Shown: positions 17,715-26,811 of the stretch, piece after piece | Layout of the letters: every line of letters begins with the position of its first letter | Numbering within the stretch: the stretch's first letter is position 1 | IMG/VR virus record: IMGVR_UViG_3300042987_003796 | Span: 20,022 to 84,021 of that record | Strand: one strand, 5' to 3' | From: a virus | Length of the DNA stretch: 64,000 nt | Program-made: the position numbers and the translations under genes | The notes under the pieces: generated by a model | What the model was told of the DNA's origin: nothing | The model's input: the letters and a program-made list of their open reading frames with translations, nothing else | The model's database searches: none

Positions 17715-18845
17715 ATGATACTTTCTAGCGGCGATATATTTAAAAGTTTTGCAGAACAAAGATGTTTTTCTTTTGATTGTGACTTATCAATAAAAACCTC
17801 TACTGGCATTTCTAAGATTTTAGCTTCAGGTGAGACATCTTCAGTTTCATTATTCTCTTTTAAGAGTGGTAGGATTTTTGATTGTTTTAATCGATTCGTA
17901 AAATCTTATTCTCCATCTGAGTCCATTAATATTTCTGGAAACTTTTGTAGCGGTATTTTTGGATACTATATAGATCAATATCCTGTTTGTTTAAATTCTA
18001 ATGTTTCTACTTCTACTTCTTCTTTTGAAAATTTAGTTTTTTCAACTAGCGGATCTGAAATTGAATTTTTTGTTGATATTTTTGGAGAGGTTAAGCCTAA
18101 ATATGAATTGGTATTTCCAAGTCAGAGTCAAGTCACGGGTAGTCCTATAACTGGTTTTTTAAAAAATACTTCTTCGAATGCGTTTCAGAGTTTTAAACTT
18201 TTCTCTGGGTCTTCGTATTTTCCTGGGGCTGATTATAATATATCATCTACAGTACAGGGACTTAAAATAAAGCCAAATAATTCTGGACAAATAGTGTTAT
18301 CTTTTTCTGGCGGTACATCTTTTTCTTTAGACTCTAATAAGCAGGCTTTGCCTATATATGGAAATTTATATTTGGATACAAATTTTGGAAGCATTGATAT
18401 TCCAGTAAGTATACCATTAAAATCTTCTCCTTTTTATTATATAGATTTTCAAGAAGATTCTAACATACAATACGGTGAGACAGGAAAATTTTGGTCTTTC
18501 GAATTAGAAAGACAAGCTTGTTCTGGAACTAGATTTGAATTTATTTTAGATGACGTGAGGTGGCTTGATCCATATAATTCATTTTCAGATAAGTTTTTTA
18601 TAAAAACTGGTTATAATAATGGAGCTTTTCTTTCATCCTCTGTTCCATACAATATAGCAAGAGGTATTTATGCTGCAACTGGATATATTTCTGGAGCTGG
18701 TTGCTCTGGAGACGACACGTTTAATGTTAGATTTGAAATACTCCACTCTCATCCTAGTGGAATATATGCAAATAAATTTAAATATTCTATAAGCGGAATA
18801 GAGGAAAAATTTTTGTTTTCTGGGTTTTTAGAAGAAGGTTTATGA
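17715..18845 (+). CDS. Hypothetical (probable virion) protein
   Basis: 376-aa ORF in the structural operon, S/G/F-rich. Confidence 0.5.
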   Translation: MILSSGDIFKSFAEQRCFSFDCDLSIKTSTGISKILASGETSSVSLFSFKSGRIFDCFNRFVKSYSPSESINISGNFCSGIFGYYIDQYPVCLNSNVSTSTSSFENLVFSTSGSEIEFFVDIFGEVKPKYELVFPSQSQVTGSPITGFLKNTSSNAFQSFKLFSGSSYFPGADYNISSTVQGLKIKPNNSGQIVLSFSGGTSFSLDSNKQALPIYGNLYLDTNFGSIDIPVSIPLKSSPFYYIDFQEDSNIQYGETGKFWSFELERQACSGTRFEFILDDVRWLDPYNSFSDKFFIKTGYNNGAFLSSSVPYNIARGIYAATGYISGAGCSGDDTFNVRFEILHSHPSGIYANKFKYSISGIEEKFLFSGFLEEGL

Positions 18846-18867
18846 TAATAAAGGAGGTATTGTATTT

Positions 18868-19443
18868 ATGTCTTTATCTATAAGAGGCGGGTCAACTATT
18901 AAAAATAGAATAATAACTGGAAGTAGTGCAAACGAAGATAAGTGCCCATTTTCTGTTACAGCATATGAAACAGAAACAGTTGGCGAATATAAAGCTTATG
19001 TTGAAGATGGCGAAATAAATTTCACAAGTTTTTATAGTAAAAATGGAGGGGGGGCTGCGGCAGCACAAAGATCGATTTCTCCAAATTGCGAACTGGCATT
19101 AATGATAATTTTCACTAGTGACGATTATGAATATAAGTCTATAAAAGAAATTTACGTTGTTGATTTCAGTAGCGATAATAGAAGCCAGTACAAAACTCAA
19201 GTAACTGACTACGGCGATGGAGCAATGCAAATAACAATGTATATTCCTTTGGCTTATATTTATTTATATACTCCTCCTGAATCACCGCCAGGCGCTCGCC
19301 CGCAAGTAATTGTTAAACAATATTGGTGTGGAAATTTAGATTTTAGATTATATTATACAACCGTAAATGGAGCCCCATTCTTTGAATTTTTTAAGACTAT
19401 TGGGTTAACTCCGGGTGAGATTCCAATGCCTCCTCCCGAATAA
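18868..19443 (+). CDS. Hypothetical (probable virion) protein
   Basis: 191-aa ORF with AGGAGG upstream; last gene of the structural operon. Confidence 0.5.
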   Translation: MSLSIRGGSTIKNRIITGSSANEDKCPFSVTAYETETVGEYKAYVEDGEINFTSFYSKNGGGAAAAQRSISPNCELALMIIFTSDDYEYKSIKEIYVVDFSSDNRSQYKTQVTDYGDGAMQITMYIPLAYIYLYTPPESPPGARPQVIVKQYWCGNLDFRLYYTTVNGAPFFEFFKTIGLTPGEIPMPPPE

Positions 19444-19449
19444 TAAAAT

Positions 19450-20688
19450 TTATAATTGTCCGGATATTTGTTCGCACCACCCCTTAGAAGATGAATGAGG
19501 CCAAACTACCCATTTTTTAGGTAAGGTTTCGGTATTGAACTCTCTCCATATTTTACAGTATTTGTCAGGATCTCTCATCATTCTTGAGATTTCTGCTTTA
19601 TCTGCGTCTTTTCTAAAGACTGTTTCTCCTTTTTCGTCATGGAAAGCTACAACCCAGAACTCGTAATCTTTTTCTGGAACTTGACTGTATTGAATATCTA
19701 TGCAATGTTTAAATATTTTTAAAAATGATTTTTCATAGTCTTCTTCATTTTCATAAGAAGGGTTAGGAGGATAGTTTTTATCTAAAGTAAACTTTTGAAC
19801 AGCCCTCCTTTTAAAGGAGATGCCAGCATATCTTTCATAATCTTGAAGAGTTCTTTCTTTTCCAAATCCATATGTTCCAAAATCTATATTTTCTGTGTTC
19901 TTTTCCATTCCGAAAAGAATGCGGTTTCTTTTATGGCATTTGGAGTTTGCTTCCCACCATTGTTTGTGGTCATCCCAATGTTTTGTTCTGCCTTTTCTTG
20001 TATACTCGTGCCACGCTATGATTTTATGTGGATGAAAAAGATCGTATCCATGAGTATATGCCCTGACAGCTATTGATATTTCCTCTCCGTGAAAATAATA
20101 TTCTGGATCGTGCTGAACGTCCTTGCAAAAGGAGCCGTCTGCAAAGCAAAAGTGAGCAGAATAAAATCTTGATTTAACTGGCTCATTTAAGTCTTTAAAA
20201 TTAGGAATTGAGGCGGGTAGAAAAAAAACTATGCCTTCTGGCGTGAATCTGTCAAAGTCCATTCTCCACGGGACTTTTTCTCTTCCATTTGGGTCGTTGT
20301 CTGGATCAAAGCTTGATATGTATCCAGTAAGAAGAGGTTTCTTATATCCTTTTGTTCGAAGTTTTTCAATCATCGAGATTAATTCTTCGTCCCAATTTTC
20401 TACGAATCTATGATGACTATCTAATTGAAGAGTATAAGTTTCGTTATTATATTCTTGCTGTATTTTATTTCTTGCCCAGCAAGCTCCTTTTGACTCTTTA
20501 TAGGGTATGTCAAGAATTTTAAATCTTGAATCATTTTTATATTTATCTAAATTTTCATTTTCGCCGTGTTGCCAAGCAATACAAAATCTTAAATTTTCTG
20601 GATGTTTTGCATTTTTTATGCAATCATCTAGAGTTGGAATTAATTGAGGATCTTTGTATGAGGCTATTTGAATAAATATAGTAGACAT
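19450..20688 (-). CDS. Glycosyltransferase, GT60/Skp1 GlcNAc-transferase-like (GT-A fold)
   Basis: TIFIQIASYKDP, SKGACWAR, YTLQLDSHHRF..NWD, FHGEEISIAVRAYTHGYDLFHP. Confidence 0.8.
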   Translation of the reverse strand: MSTIFIQIASYKDPQLIPTLDDCIKNAKHPENLRFCIAWQHGENENLDKYKNDSRFKILDIPYKESKGACWARNKIQQEYNNETYTLQLDSHHRFVENWDEELISMIEKLRTKGYKKPLLTGYISSFDPDNDPNGREKVPWRMDFDRFTPEGIVFFLPASIPNFKDLNEPVKSRFYSAHFCFADGSFCKDVQHDPEYYFHGEEISIAVRAYTHGYDLFHPHKIIAWHEYTRKGRTKHWDDHKQWWEANSKCHKRNRILFGMEKNTENIDFGTYGFGKERTLQDYERYAGISFKRRAVQKFTLDKNYPPNPSYENEEDYEKSFLKIFKHCIDIQYSQVPEKDYEFWVVAFHDEKGETVFRKDADKAEISRMMRDPDKYCKIWREFNTETLPKKWVVWPHSSSKGWCEQISGQL

Positions 20689-20701
20689 CCTACTATATTA
20701 T

Positions 20702-21592
20702 TTATTCTTGAGCTTTTTTCCAAGAATTTTCAGAGGGTCTATCTGGAGAACCGGGCTGAGCGGGTTTATAATTTTTGCCCATTCTTTTCTTTTTTTCTCT
20801 TATATTGTCCCATAAACCTTTTCTTTTAGCAGCGTCAGCTTCTTCCATTTCTTCTGGCTCTTGGCTAAACATCACATAGTTGTGAATAGTTGTAATGTAA
20901 TCTTCTGCTAAAACCGCCATTTGTTGTAAGAATGGCTCAGATAGATTTTCTTTTACTGATTCGCTTGATAAATTATTTAATATATTTTCAGAGAAGGACT
21001 TTACGGCTCCTAAGGATCCTATTACCATTTCTGAGAGATCTTCTTTTAGATCCATTAATTCTTCTTCTGGCGTTTCATCTTCGGAAGCTATTGCGCTAAC
21101 TGGTTTTGCTGACCACATTTTACAAGACCAGTAATTCGCTTTCCACTTTGGTCCAGGATTGTCGCAATTGTGTCTGGCTCTATAACTTTTCCTTCTTTCT
21201 GGGTCGTCTCTTTTTATTTCCATGTTTGGGTCGCCAAAGTTAACCTTGACTATGTTCCCTTTGTCGTTTTTGACATATACAGAAAACTTTTTTGGACCAC
21301 TTGGGGTTCTGAATGGTTTATTTAGTTTTTTTTGAGCCTCTTTCGCTTCTGCTTCATCTAATACCTCAATTCCATCTTCATCTTCTGTTTTGATATTATA
21401 TGAATACAAAAATTCAGAATCCCCTTCTCCGGCTACCACGGAAGCTTCTGCTTTCGATTTTTCCCACTGAGAATAGCAAACTGCGATCCTTTGTTTTTGA
21501 TCTGGGAAGTCTTTATTTGTTTGCGTGTCTCCTATGCAGCGAGAAACGAAATCAGTTTTTTTTTCTTTATTTTTTGGCTTTGGAAGAGGCAT
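20702..21592 (-). CDS. Modular phage protein, possibly capsid-internal
   Basis: Basic modules (MPLPKP..FVSRC; KKFSVYVK..VNFGDPNM..RARHNC..YWSCKMW; GLWDNIR..KR) separated by acidic linkers. Confidence 0.55.
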   Translation of the reverse strand: MPLPKPKNKEKKTDFVSRCIGDTQTNKDFPDQKQRIAVCYSQWEKSKAEASVVAGEGDSEFLYSYNIKTEDEDGIEVLDEAEAKEAQKKLNKPFRTPSGPKKFSVYVKNDKGNIVKVNFGDPNMEIKRDDPERRKSYRARHNCDNPGPKWKANYWSCKMWSAKPVSAIASEDETPEEELMDLKEDLSEMVIGSLGAVKSFSENILNNLSSESVKENLSEPFLQQMAVLAEDYITTIHNYVMFSQEPEEMEEADAAKRKGLWDNIREKKKRMGKNYKPAQPGSPDRPSENSWKKAQE

Positions 21593-21636
21593 ATATTTAT
21601 ATGTAGTTATATTTCACTGTAAAATTACACTTCTTT

Positions 21637-22020
21637 TTAAGAAAAGACGTGTTTCTTGATGATATATAAAATATAAAATACCAAAATAGAAAAGAAAAAA
21701 CATGGAAATACGAGTATTATGCTTTTTGTAATTAGAAGTACAGAAAAAAGAGAGAGAAAGCAATTGAGACATATAAAACATGTTGCTAGCCTACAAATAA
21801 AACCTGTTATATTTTTTTTTACCCCATAAACAGAACCCAAAAAAGAAATGTAATTTTCGTAATTGTTTGAATTTTCATAAGTTTTAAACTTATTTAAAAG
21901 ATATTTTATTCTAAAGATATTAGAAAAAAGCGATACATATTCATATATAAAATCAGTTTGCTGTATTAAAAATACAATACACCCAATTGAAACCGGAAGA
22001 TAAATATAGCTCTCTATCAT
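21637..22020 (-). CDS. Small membrane protein
   Basis: Several hydrophobic segments and a CFIC motif. Confidence 0.55.
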   Translation of the reverse strand: MIESYIYLPVSIGCIVFLIQQTDFIYEYVSLFSNIFRIKYLLNKFKTYENSNNYENYISFLGSVYGVKKNITGFICRLATCFICLNCFLSLFSVLLITKSIILVFPCFFFSILVFYILYIIKKHVFS

Positions 22021-22060
22021 ATTTTATGATAGGTTGCTATTTTTAATTTTCAAAATTAAC

Positions 22061-22089
22061 TTGACACTGGCCCAAAAATAAAATACAAT
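22061..22089 (+). promoter_or_regulatory. Sigma70-type promoter
   Basis: TTGACA (22061) - 17 bp - TACAAT (22084). Confidence 0.65.
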
Positions 22090-22320
22090 ATTGAACTATA
22101 TTCCTTGCGAGTCGCAACTCCATACGTTTTTTTTTTAAAAAAATAATTTATTTTCTAGCGAGCGAAGCGATGCTCGGATTTTTCTAAAGGCGTTATTTTT
22201 ATTAAGGCTGCCAATAAAAATACGAACATAAGAATGCCTGCGCAAAAAATATACGCGAGAATATGGCCGGCAATCGTTTGACTTTTGATAAAAAACTTTT
22301 ATTATTGCTAAAATAATTAA

Positions 22321-22926
22321 ATGAAAATAAAAACGGTAATAGGCATATCTGGTTTTGCAAGATCGGGAAAAGACACTCTCGCCTCATTGGTTGATTTGTC
22401 TTTGAATCAAAATGGAACAAAATCTAAGATTTTCTCTTTTGCTAGTGCCCTAAAACTTGACATGAAAGATTTTTTTGAACAAAAACTTGGAATATCGCCA
22501 TTTACAAACGATACCATTTTAAAAGAAAAAATAAGACCAATTTTAATCTCTTATGGAAATGTTCAAAGAACTCTCTCTAACGGAACCTATTGGTTTAATA
22601 GACTAAAGCCAGAAATAAATAAATTTTTTGAAACAGGTGGAGACGTAGCAGTTATTCCAGACCTTAGATTCAAGGAGTATGAATTCGACGAGTACGACTT
22701 CGTAAGATCCTTTGGATCTAGCTTTATAATAACCGTATCAAGAAAATTAGATGATGGCTCTTTCAACAAGCCGGCACATGAATCCGAGGAAAAAAGTTTT
22801 CCATTCTTCAAAAATGTAGCAGATTTTAATCTTATCTGGAAGACTCACACAGAAAAATCTTTAATAGAAAAAGATGCAAAAGAGTGTATAGACTCAATTT
22901 TTAAATTTTTAAATTCAAAAAAATGA
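22321..22926 (+). CDS. Deoxynucleoside monophosphate kinase
   Basis: GISGFARSGKDT P-loop, SFASALK, IPDLRF..E, HESE motifs. Confidence 0.8.
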   Translation: MKIKTVIGISGFARSGKDTLASLVDLSLNQNGTKSKIFSFASALKLDMKDFFEQKLGISPFTNDTILKEKIRPILISYGNVQRTLSNGTYWFNRLKPEINKFFETGGDVAVIPDLRFKEYEFDEYDFVRSFGSSFIITVSRKLDDGSFNKPAHESEEKSFPFFKNVADFNLIWKTHTEKSLIEKDAKECIDSIFKFLNSKK

Positions 22927-23558
22927 AACAAGCAAAACTAAATTCAGATTTCTCTCTAAAAGAAGACATTGAACTAATTAATTCCGTAAAAAATGGAGAC
23001 AACGAAGCTATTAAACTATTAATAGATAAACATAGTGGAATATGCGTAGACACTTATAAGAAATATATAAATCTACCAAATATATGTGGATTTATTTCAG
23101 ACGAAATAACATCTAGCAAAGATTATATAATATATAACTCAGCCAAAACCTATGATGCCTCAATGGGAAGCAAATTTTCAACATGGCTTTCAAACCAGAC
23201 AAGGTTTTTTTGTTTAAATTGTATTAATAAATATAACAAGCTCGTACCCACAGAAGATCAAAATTTAAATCTTTTAATAGAATCCAAGAATTTAGAAGAA
23301 AAAAAATCTAAACTTCAAAGAGAGGTTAAAAATGAAATGCTGGAAATAATAAAAGAAATATTACCAAACCTATCAAATAAAAAAATGCAAGAATGTATAA
23401 ATAGAAAATATTTTTCCTCAGAAGACAGATGCAAAAGTTATACAGAAGTAGCTAATGAAATGAGCGTAACCGTGCAAACCGTAATAAATTGGCACAAGAA
23501 ATTTATAAAATTAATAAAGCAGAAATGCAAAAATAGAAAAATTATATTTGACTTATAG
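22923..23558 (+). CDS. Phage RNA polymerase sigma factor (sigma70-like regions 2 and 4)
   Basis: GDNEAIKLLIDKH, YDASMGSKFSTWL, C-terminal HTH KSYTEVANEMSVTVQTV. Confidence 0.8.
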   Translation: MKQAKLNSDFSLKEDIELINSVKNGDNEAIKLLIDKHSGICVDTYKKYINLPNICGFISDEITSSKDYIIYNSAKTYDASMGSKFSTWLSNQTRFFCLNCINKYNKLVPTEDQNLNLLIESKNLEEKKSKLQREVKNEMLEIIKEILPNLSNKKMQECINRKYFSSEDRCKSYTEVANEMSVTVQTVINWHKKFIKLIKQKCKNRKIIFDL

Positions 23559-23601
23559 AAAAAATACGATTATATTATTTAATCTAAAATAAAATAAAAA
23601 A

Positions 23602-23895
23602 ATGAGCAACGAAAATCAAAACGCAAAAACATCAAGAGACCAAGAAGCGGGGGCTTTTTGGATTAAAAAGTCAAAAGCAGGAAACACTTTCCTTTCTGGT
23701 TATTTCTTAGACGCAAATAAAGAAAAGGTTAGCGTAGTTGTCTTCAAGAATAACTTCAAGAAGGCTGGAGAGCCATCTCCAGATTACAGAATTTATCTGT
23801 CTGATAATAGCAAAAATCAACAAGCGCAAGTAAATTCAACCGAACAAGCCTCCTCCTCGGAGGAAGCCTCGTCGTCTGACGATATCCCATTTTAA
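23602..23895 (+). CDS. Putative single-stranded DNA-binding protein (DUF736-like)
   Basis: GAFWIKKSKAG..FLSG..PDYRIY and an acidic SSB-type C-terminus DDIPF. Confidence 0.6.
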   Translation: MSNENQNAKTSRDQEAGAFWIKKSKAGNTFLSGYFLDANKEKVSVVVFKNNFKKAGEPSPDYRIYLSDNSKNQQAQVNSTEQASSSEEASSSDDIPF

Positions 23896-23898
23896 AAA

Positions 23899-24990
23899 AT
23901 GGGAAGCTTTAACTTAGAAATACCTATAAATAAGGTATCTTTCGGCAATGTTAGTATAAATATACTATTTGAGCTTTTTAAACTTGGAAAAAAGCCCAAC
24001 ATAATGCCAATCGGTGGTCAGGCAGATTTTGGAGCTTTTGCCAATTTAGTTGATAAAGACTTCTTAGAATGGTTCAAGTCCTGCTTTTCAGGAACTCAGT
24101 CAAGAATAAATAGAAACGACCCAGGTTTCAAATTATGGCACTTAAATGGGTCGCTAAATTCTTACTCAAAAGATCAGCACTTGTTTACCTTTTATGAACT
24201 TGATTCCCCAACTTCCGCAGAATTAAATATCGCGAAAAATCAAAAAACTTTATTTTTATCCTCGCTTTATTCTGTTGATGTTTTTTCTAAATTAGGCTGT
24301 AAAAACGTCACCCATTGTCCATTGGGATTTGATTCAAAGTCTTTTTTTAAAATTGAAAAAAAGCAAGACGATAAAATAGTTTTTGCCTTAGCGGGAAAAT
24401 TAGAAAAAAGAAAACAGCATCACAAAGTGTTAAAGGCTTGGGCAAAAAAATACGGAAATAATCCGAACTATTTGCTTAATTGCGCCATTAGCAATCCATT
24501 TTTAAGCAAGGAACAGCAGGACTCTTCGATTTCTTCAGTTCTTGAAGGTAAAAATTATTTTAATATTAATTTTTTGCCATTTATGGATACTAATTTAGTC
24601 TACAATAACTATTTAAATAATAATGATATTATTATTGGAATGTCTGCCGCAGAAGGATGGGGTCTTCCAGAGTTCCAAAGCGTTGCCCTTGGAAAGCATT
24701 CTGTCATCTTAAATGCCCACTCTTATAAAGATTGGGCTGATGAAAAAAATTCAGTACTTGTAAATCCAAGCGGTAAAATCCCTTGTTACGATGGATTGTT
24801 TTTTAATGAAAAACAAGAATTCAACCAAGGTTCATATTTTGACTGGAACGATGAAGAATTTATTTCCGCATGTGAAACAGCCGAAAAAAGATTCAAGGAT
24901 AATCCAAATAACCTAGAAGGAGAAAAGCTTACTAAAAAATTCACATGGGAAAAAACTGTAAATATTATACTTGATTCAATGGGGGTATAA
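23899..24990 (+). CDS. Glycosyltransferase (GT-B, GT4-like)
   Basis: GKLEKRK and EGWGLPEFQ motifs. Confidence 0.75.
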   Translation: MGSFNLEIPINKVSFGNVSINILFELFKLGKKPNIMPIGGQADFGAFANLVDKDFLEWFKSCFSGTQSRINRNDPGFKLWHLNGSLNSYSKDQHLFTFYELDSPTSAELNIAKNQKTLFLSSLYSVDVFSKLGCKNVTHCPLGFDSKSFFKIEKKQDDKIVFALAGKLEKRKQHHKVLKAWAKKYGNNPNYLLNCAISNPFLSKEQQDSSISSVLEGKNYFNINFLPFMDTNLVYNNYLNNNDIIIGMSAAEGWGLPEFQSVALGKHSVILNAHSYKDWADEKNSVLVNPSGKIPCYDGLFFNEKQEFNQGSYFDWNDEEFISACETAEKRFKDNPNNLEGEKLTKKFTWEKTVNIILDSMGV

Positions 24991-24991
24991 A

Positions 24992-25390
24992 ATGCCTATT
25001 TACCTTTTTCAAAATCCAAAAACTGAAGAAGTTATTGAAGTTATTCAACATATGAATGAAAGTCATACATTCGTAGACTCCAATGGCCTTGAATACAAAA
25101 GAATATATACCGTTCCATCTTCCTCAATAGATTCAAAAATAGACGCTTTTTCTTCAAAAGATTTTGCTGAAAAAACAAGAAATAAAAAAGGCACAATTGG
25201 CGATCTATTAAACGCAAGCAAGGAGTTAAGTGAAAAAAGAGGCGGCGAAAAAAACGATCCAGTTTTAAAAAACTTTCTCTCTTCATATAAAAAAGAAAAA
25301 GGAGTAAAACATTCTTCAGAAATAAAGAAAGAAAAATTAGAAAAAGCAAATAAAAAACTTAAAAAGTTTGGAGTTTCCATCTCTGACTAG
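24992..25390 (+). CDS. FmdB-like small protein (zinc-ribbon cysteines absent)
   Basis: MPIYLF...EVIQHM pattern; ATG at 24992 preferred to TTG at 24971. Confidence 0.45.
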   Translation: MPIYLFQNPKTEEVIEVIQHMNESHTFVDSNGLEYKRIYTVPSSSIDSKIDAFSSKDFAEKTRNKKGTIGDLLNASKELSEKRGGEKNDPVLKNFLSSYKKEKGVKHSSEIKKEKLEKANKKLKKFGVSISD

Positions 25391-25450
25391 AGATAGCCTA
25401 CACGTCATCAATCCTAATTTTTTAATAAAAATTAATATAAAAATATTAAT

Positions 25451-25479
25451 TTGACCCAAGTAAAAATTTACTGTAAACT
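25451..25479 (+). promoter_or_regulatory. Sigma70-type promoter of the nrd operon
   Basis: TTGACC - 17 bp - TAAACT. Confidence 0.45.
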
Positions 25480-25502
25480 TATACTCAGACACAGTAAAAA
25501 AT

Positions 25503-26474
25503 ATGATTTTCGACGAACAAATTTCACGTAAGCCAAACTTTTATCCCTGGACAGATAGCTTCATAGAAGCCATGCATAACGGTTTTTGGACAGACAAAGA
25601 ATTTTCTTTTAAATCTGATGTCCAACAATTTAAGGTAAACCTTAGCGAACAGGAAAAAGAAATAATAATACGAACCCTTTCCGCAATAGGGCAAATAGAA
25701 ATTGCCGTTAAAACCTTTTGGGCTAAGCTCGGCGAAAACCTCCCACATCCTTCATTACAAGACCTCGGCTACGTAATGGCTAATACAGAGGTTATTCACA
25801 ATAACGCCTATGAAAGATTAATATCCACACTTGGATTAGAAGACGTCTTTGAAAAAAATTTAAAACTTGATTGGATCCAAGGCAGGGTTAAATATTTAAA
25901 AAAATATACTCATCGATACTATAAGGATTCTAAAAAACAATACGTTTATGCCTTAACGCTTTTTACATTATTTGTTGAAAACGTTTCTTTATTCTCTCAA
26001 TTTTATATTATAAATTGGTTTGCCCGTTTCAAAAACGTGCTTAAAGACACGGATCAGCAAGTAAAATATACAAGAAACGAAGAAAATATACACGCCTTAG
26101 TCGGAGCCAAAATTATCAATACGATAAGAGATGAATATCCAGATCTATTTGACGCAGACTTTATTGAAAAAATTCTTTCAGAGGCAAAAGAAGCATACGA
26201 GTCAGAATCTAAGATAATTGACTGGATGGTAAACGGAATAAAAGAAGAGGGCTTAAATGCTCAAGTATTAAAAGAATTTGTAAAAAATAGAATAAACGAA
26301 TCGTTAAAGATGATCGGATTCCCCACGGCTTTCGAAATTGATAAAAGCCTAGTTTCCTCAACTATGTGGTTTGAGGAAGAATTACTTGGAAACAACATGG
26401 TTGACTTTTTTCATTCAAGACCAACCGAATACTCAAAGAAAAACCAATCTTTTTCAGAAGAAGACCTTTTTTAA
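25503..26474 (+). CDS. nrdB: Ribonucleotide reductase class I beta subunit
   Basis: EVIHNNAY, FVENVSLFSQF, EENIH diiron motifs; DFFHSRPTEY C-terminus. Confidence 0.92.
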   Translation: MIFDEQISRKPNFYPWTDSFIEAMHNGFWTDKEFSFKSDVQQFKVNLSEQEKEIIIRTLSAIGQIEIAVKTFWAKLGENLPHPSLQDLGYVMANTEVIHNNAYERLISTLGLEDVFEKNLKLDWIQGRVKYLKKYTHRYYKDSKKQYVYALTLFTLFVENVSLFSQFYIINWFARFKNVLKDTDQQVKYTRNEENIHALVGAKIINTIRDEYPDLFDADFIEKILSEAKEAYESESKIIDWMVNGIKEEGLNAQVLKEFVKNRINESLKMIGFPTAFEIDKSLVSSTMWFEEELLGNNMVDFFHSRPTEYSKKNQSFSEEDLF

Positions 26475-26487
26475 TACAAAAAAATAA

Positions 26488-26811
26488 ATGAATAATAATA
26501 TTATAGAAATAAACGACGGCAATTATAAAAGCATATTAACAATTAATAAAAATGTGTTAGTAGATTTTTATGCAACGTGGTGCGGTCCATGCAAAATGAT
26601 AAATCCTATTCTTGAGCTTGTAGCCGCAGATAAAACATTAAAAACAATCATAGCAAAAGTAAACGTAGATAGCTCGCCTGAATTTTCTACTCTAATGAAA
26701 ATTAGAGCGGTGCCATCTATTTTTTTCTTTAAAAATGGCAAGTCTCTTGGTAGATTTTCAGAGCAACCTACGCAAAAAAATATTATTAATTTTATTAAAA
26801 ATAATGAGTAA
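26488..26811 (+). CDS. trxA: Thioredoxin
   Basis: VDFYATWCGPCK. Confidence 0.92.
   Translation: MNNNIIEINDGNYKSILTINKNVLVDFYATWCGPCKMINPILELVAADKTLKTIIAKVNVDSSPEFSTLMKIRAVPSIFFFKNGKSLGRFSEQPTQKNIINFIKNNE

Noticed and set aside
22202-22420. 72-aa minus-strand ORF in the divergent region
   Set aside because: Overlaps the dNMP kinase gene antisense and has no recognisable features
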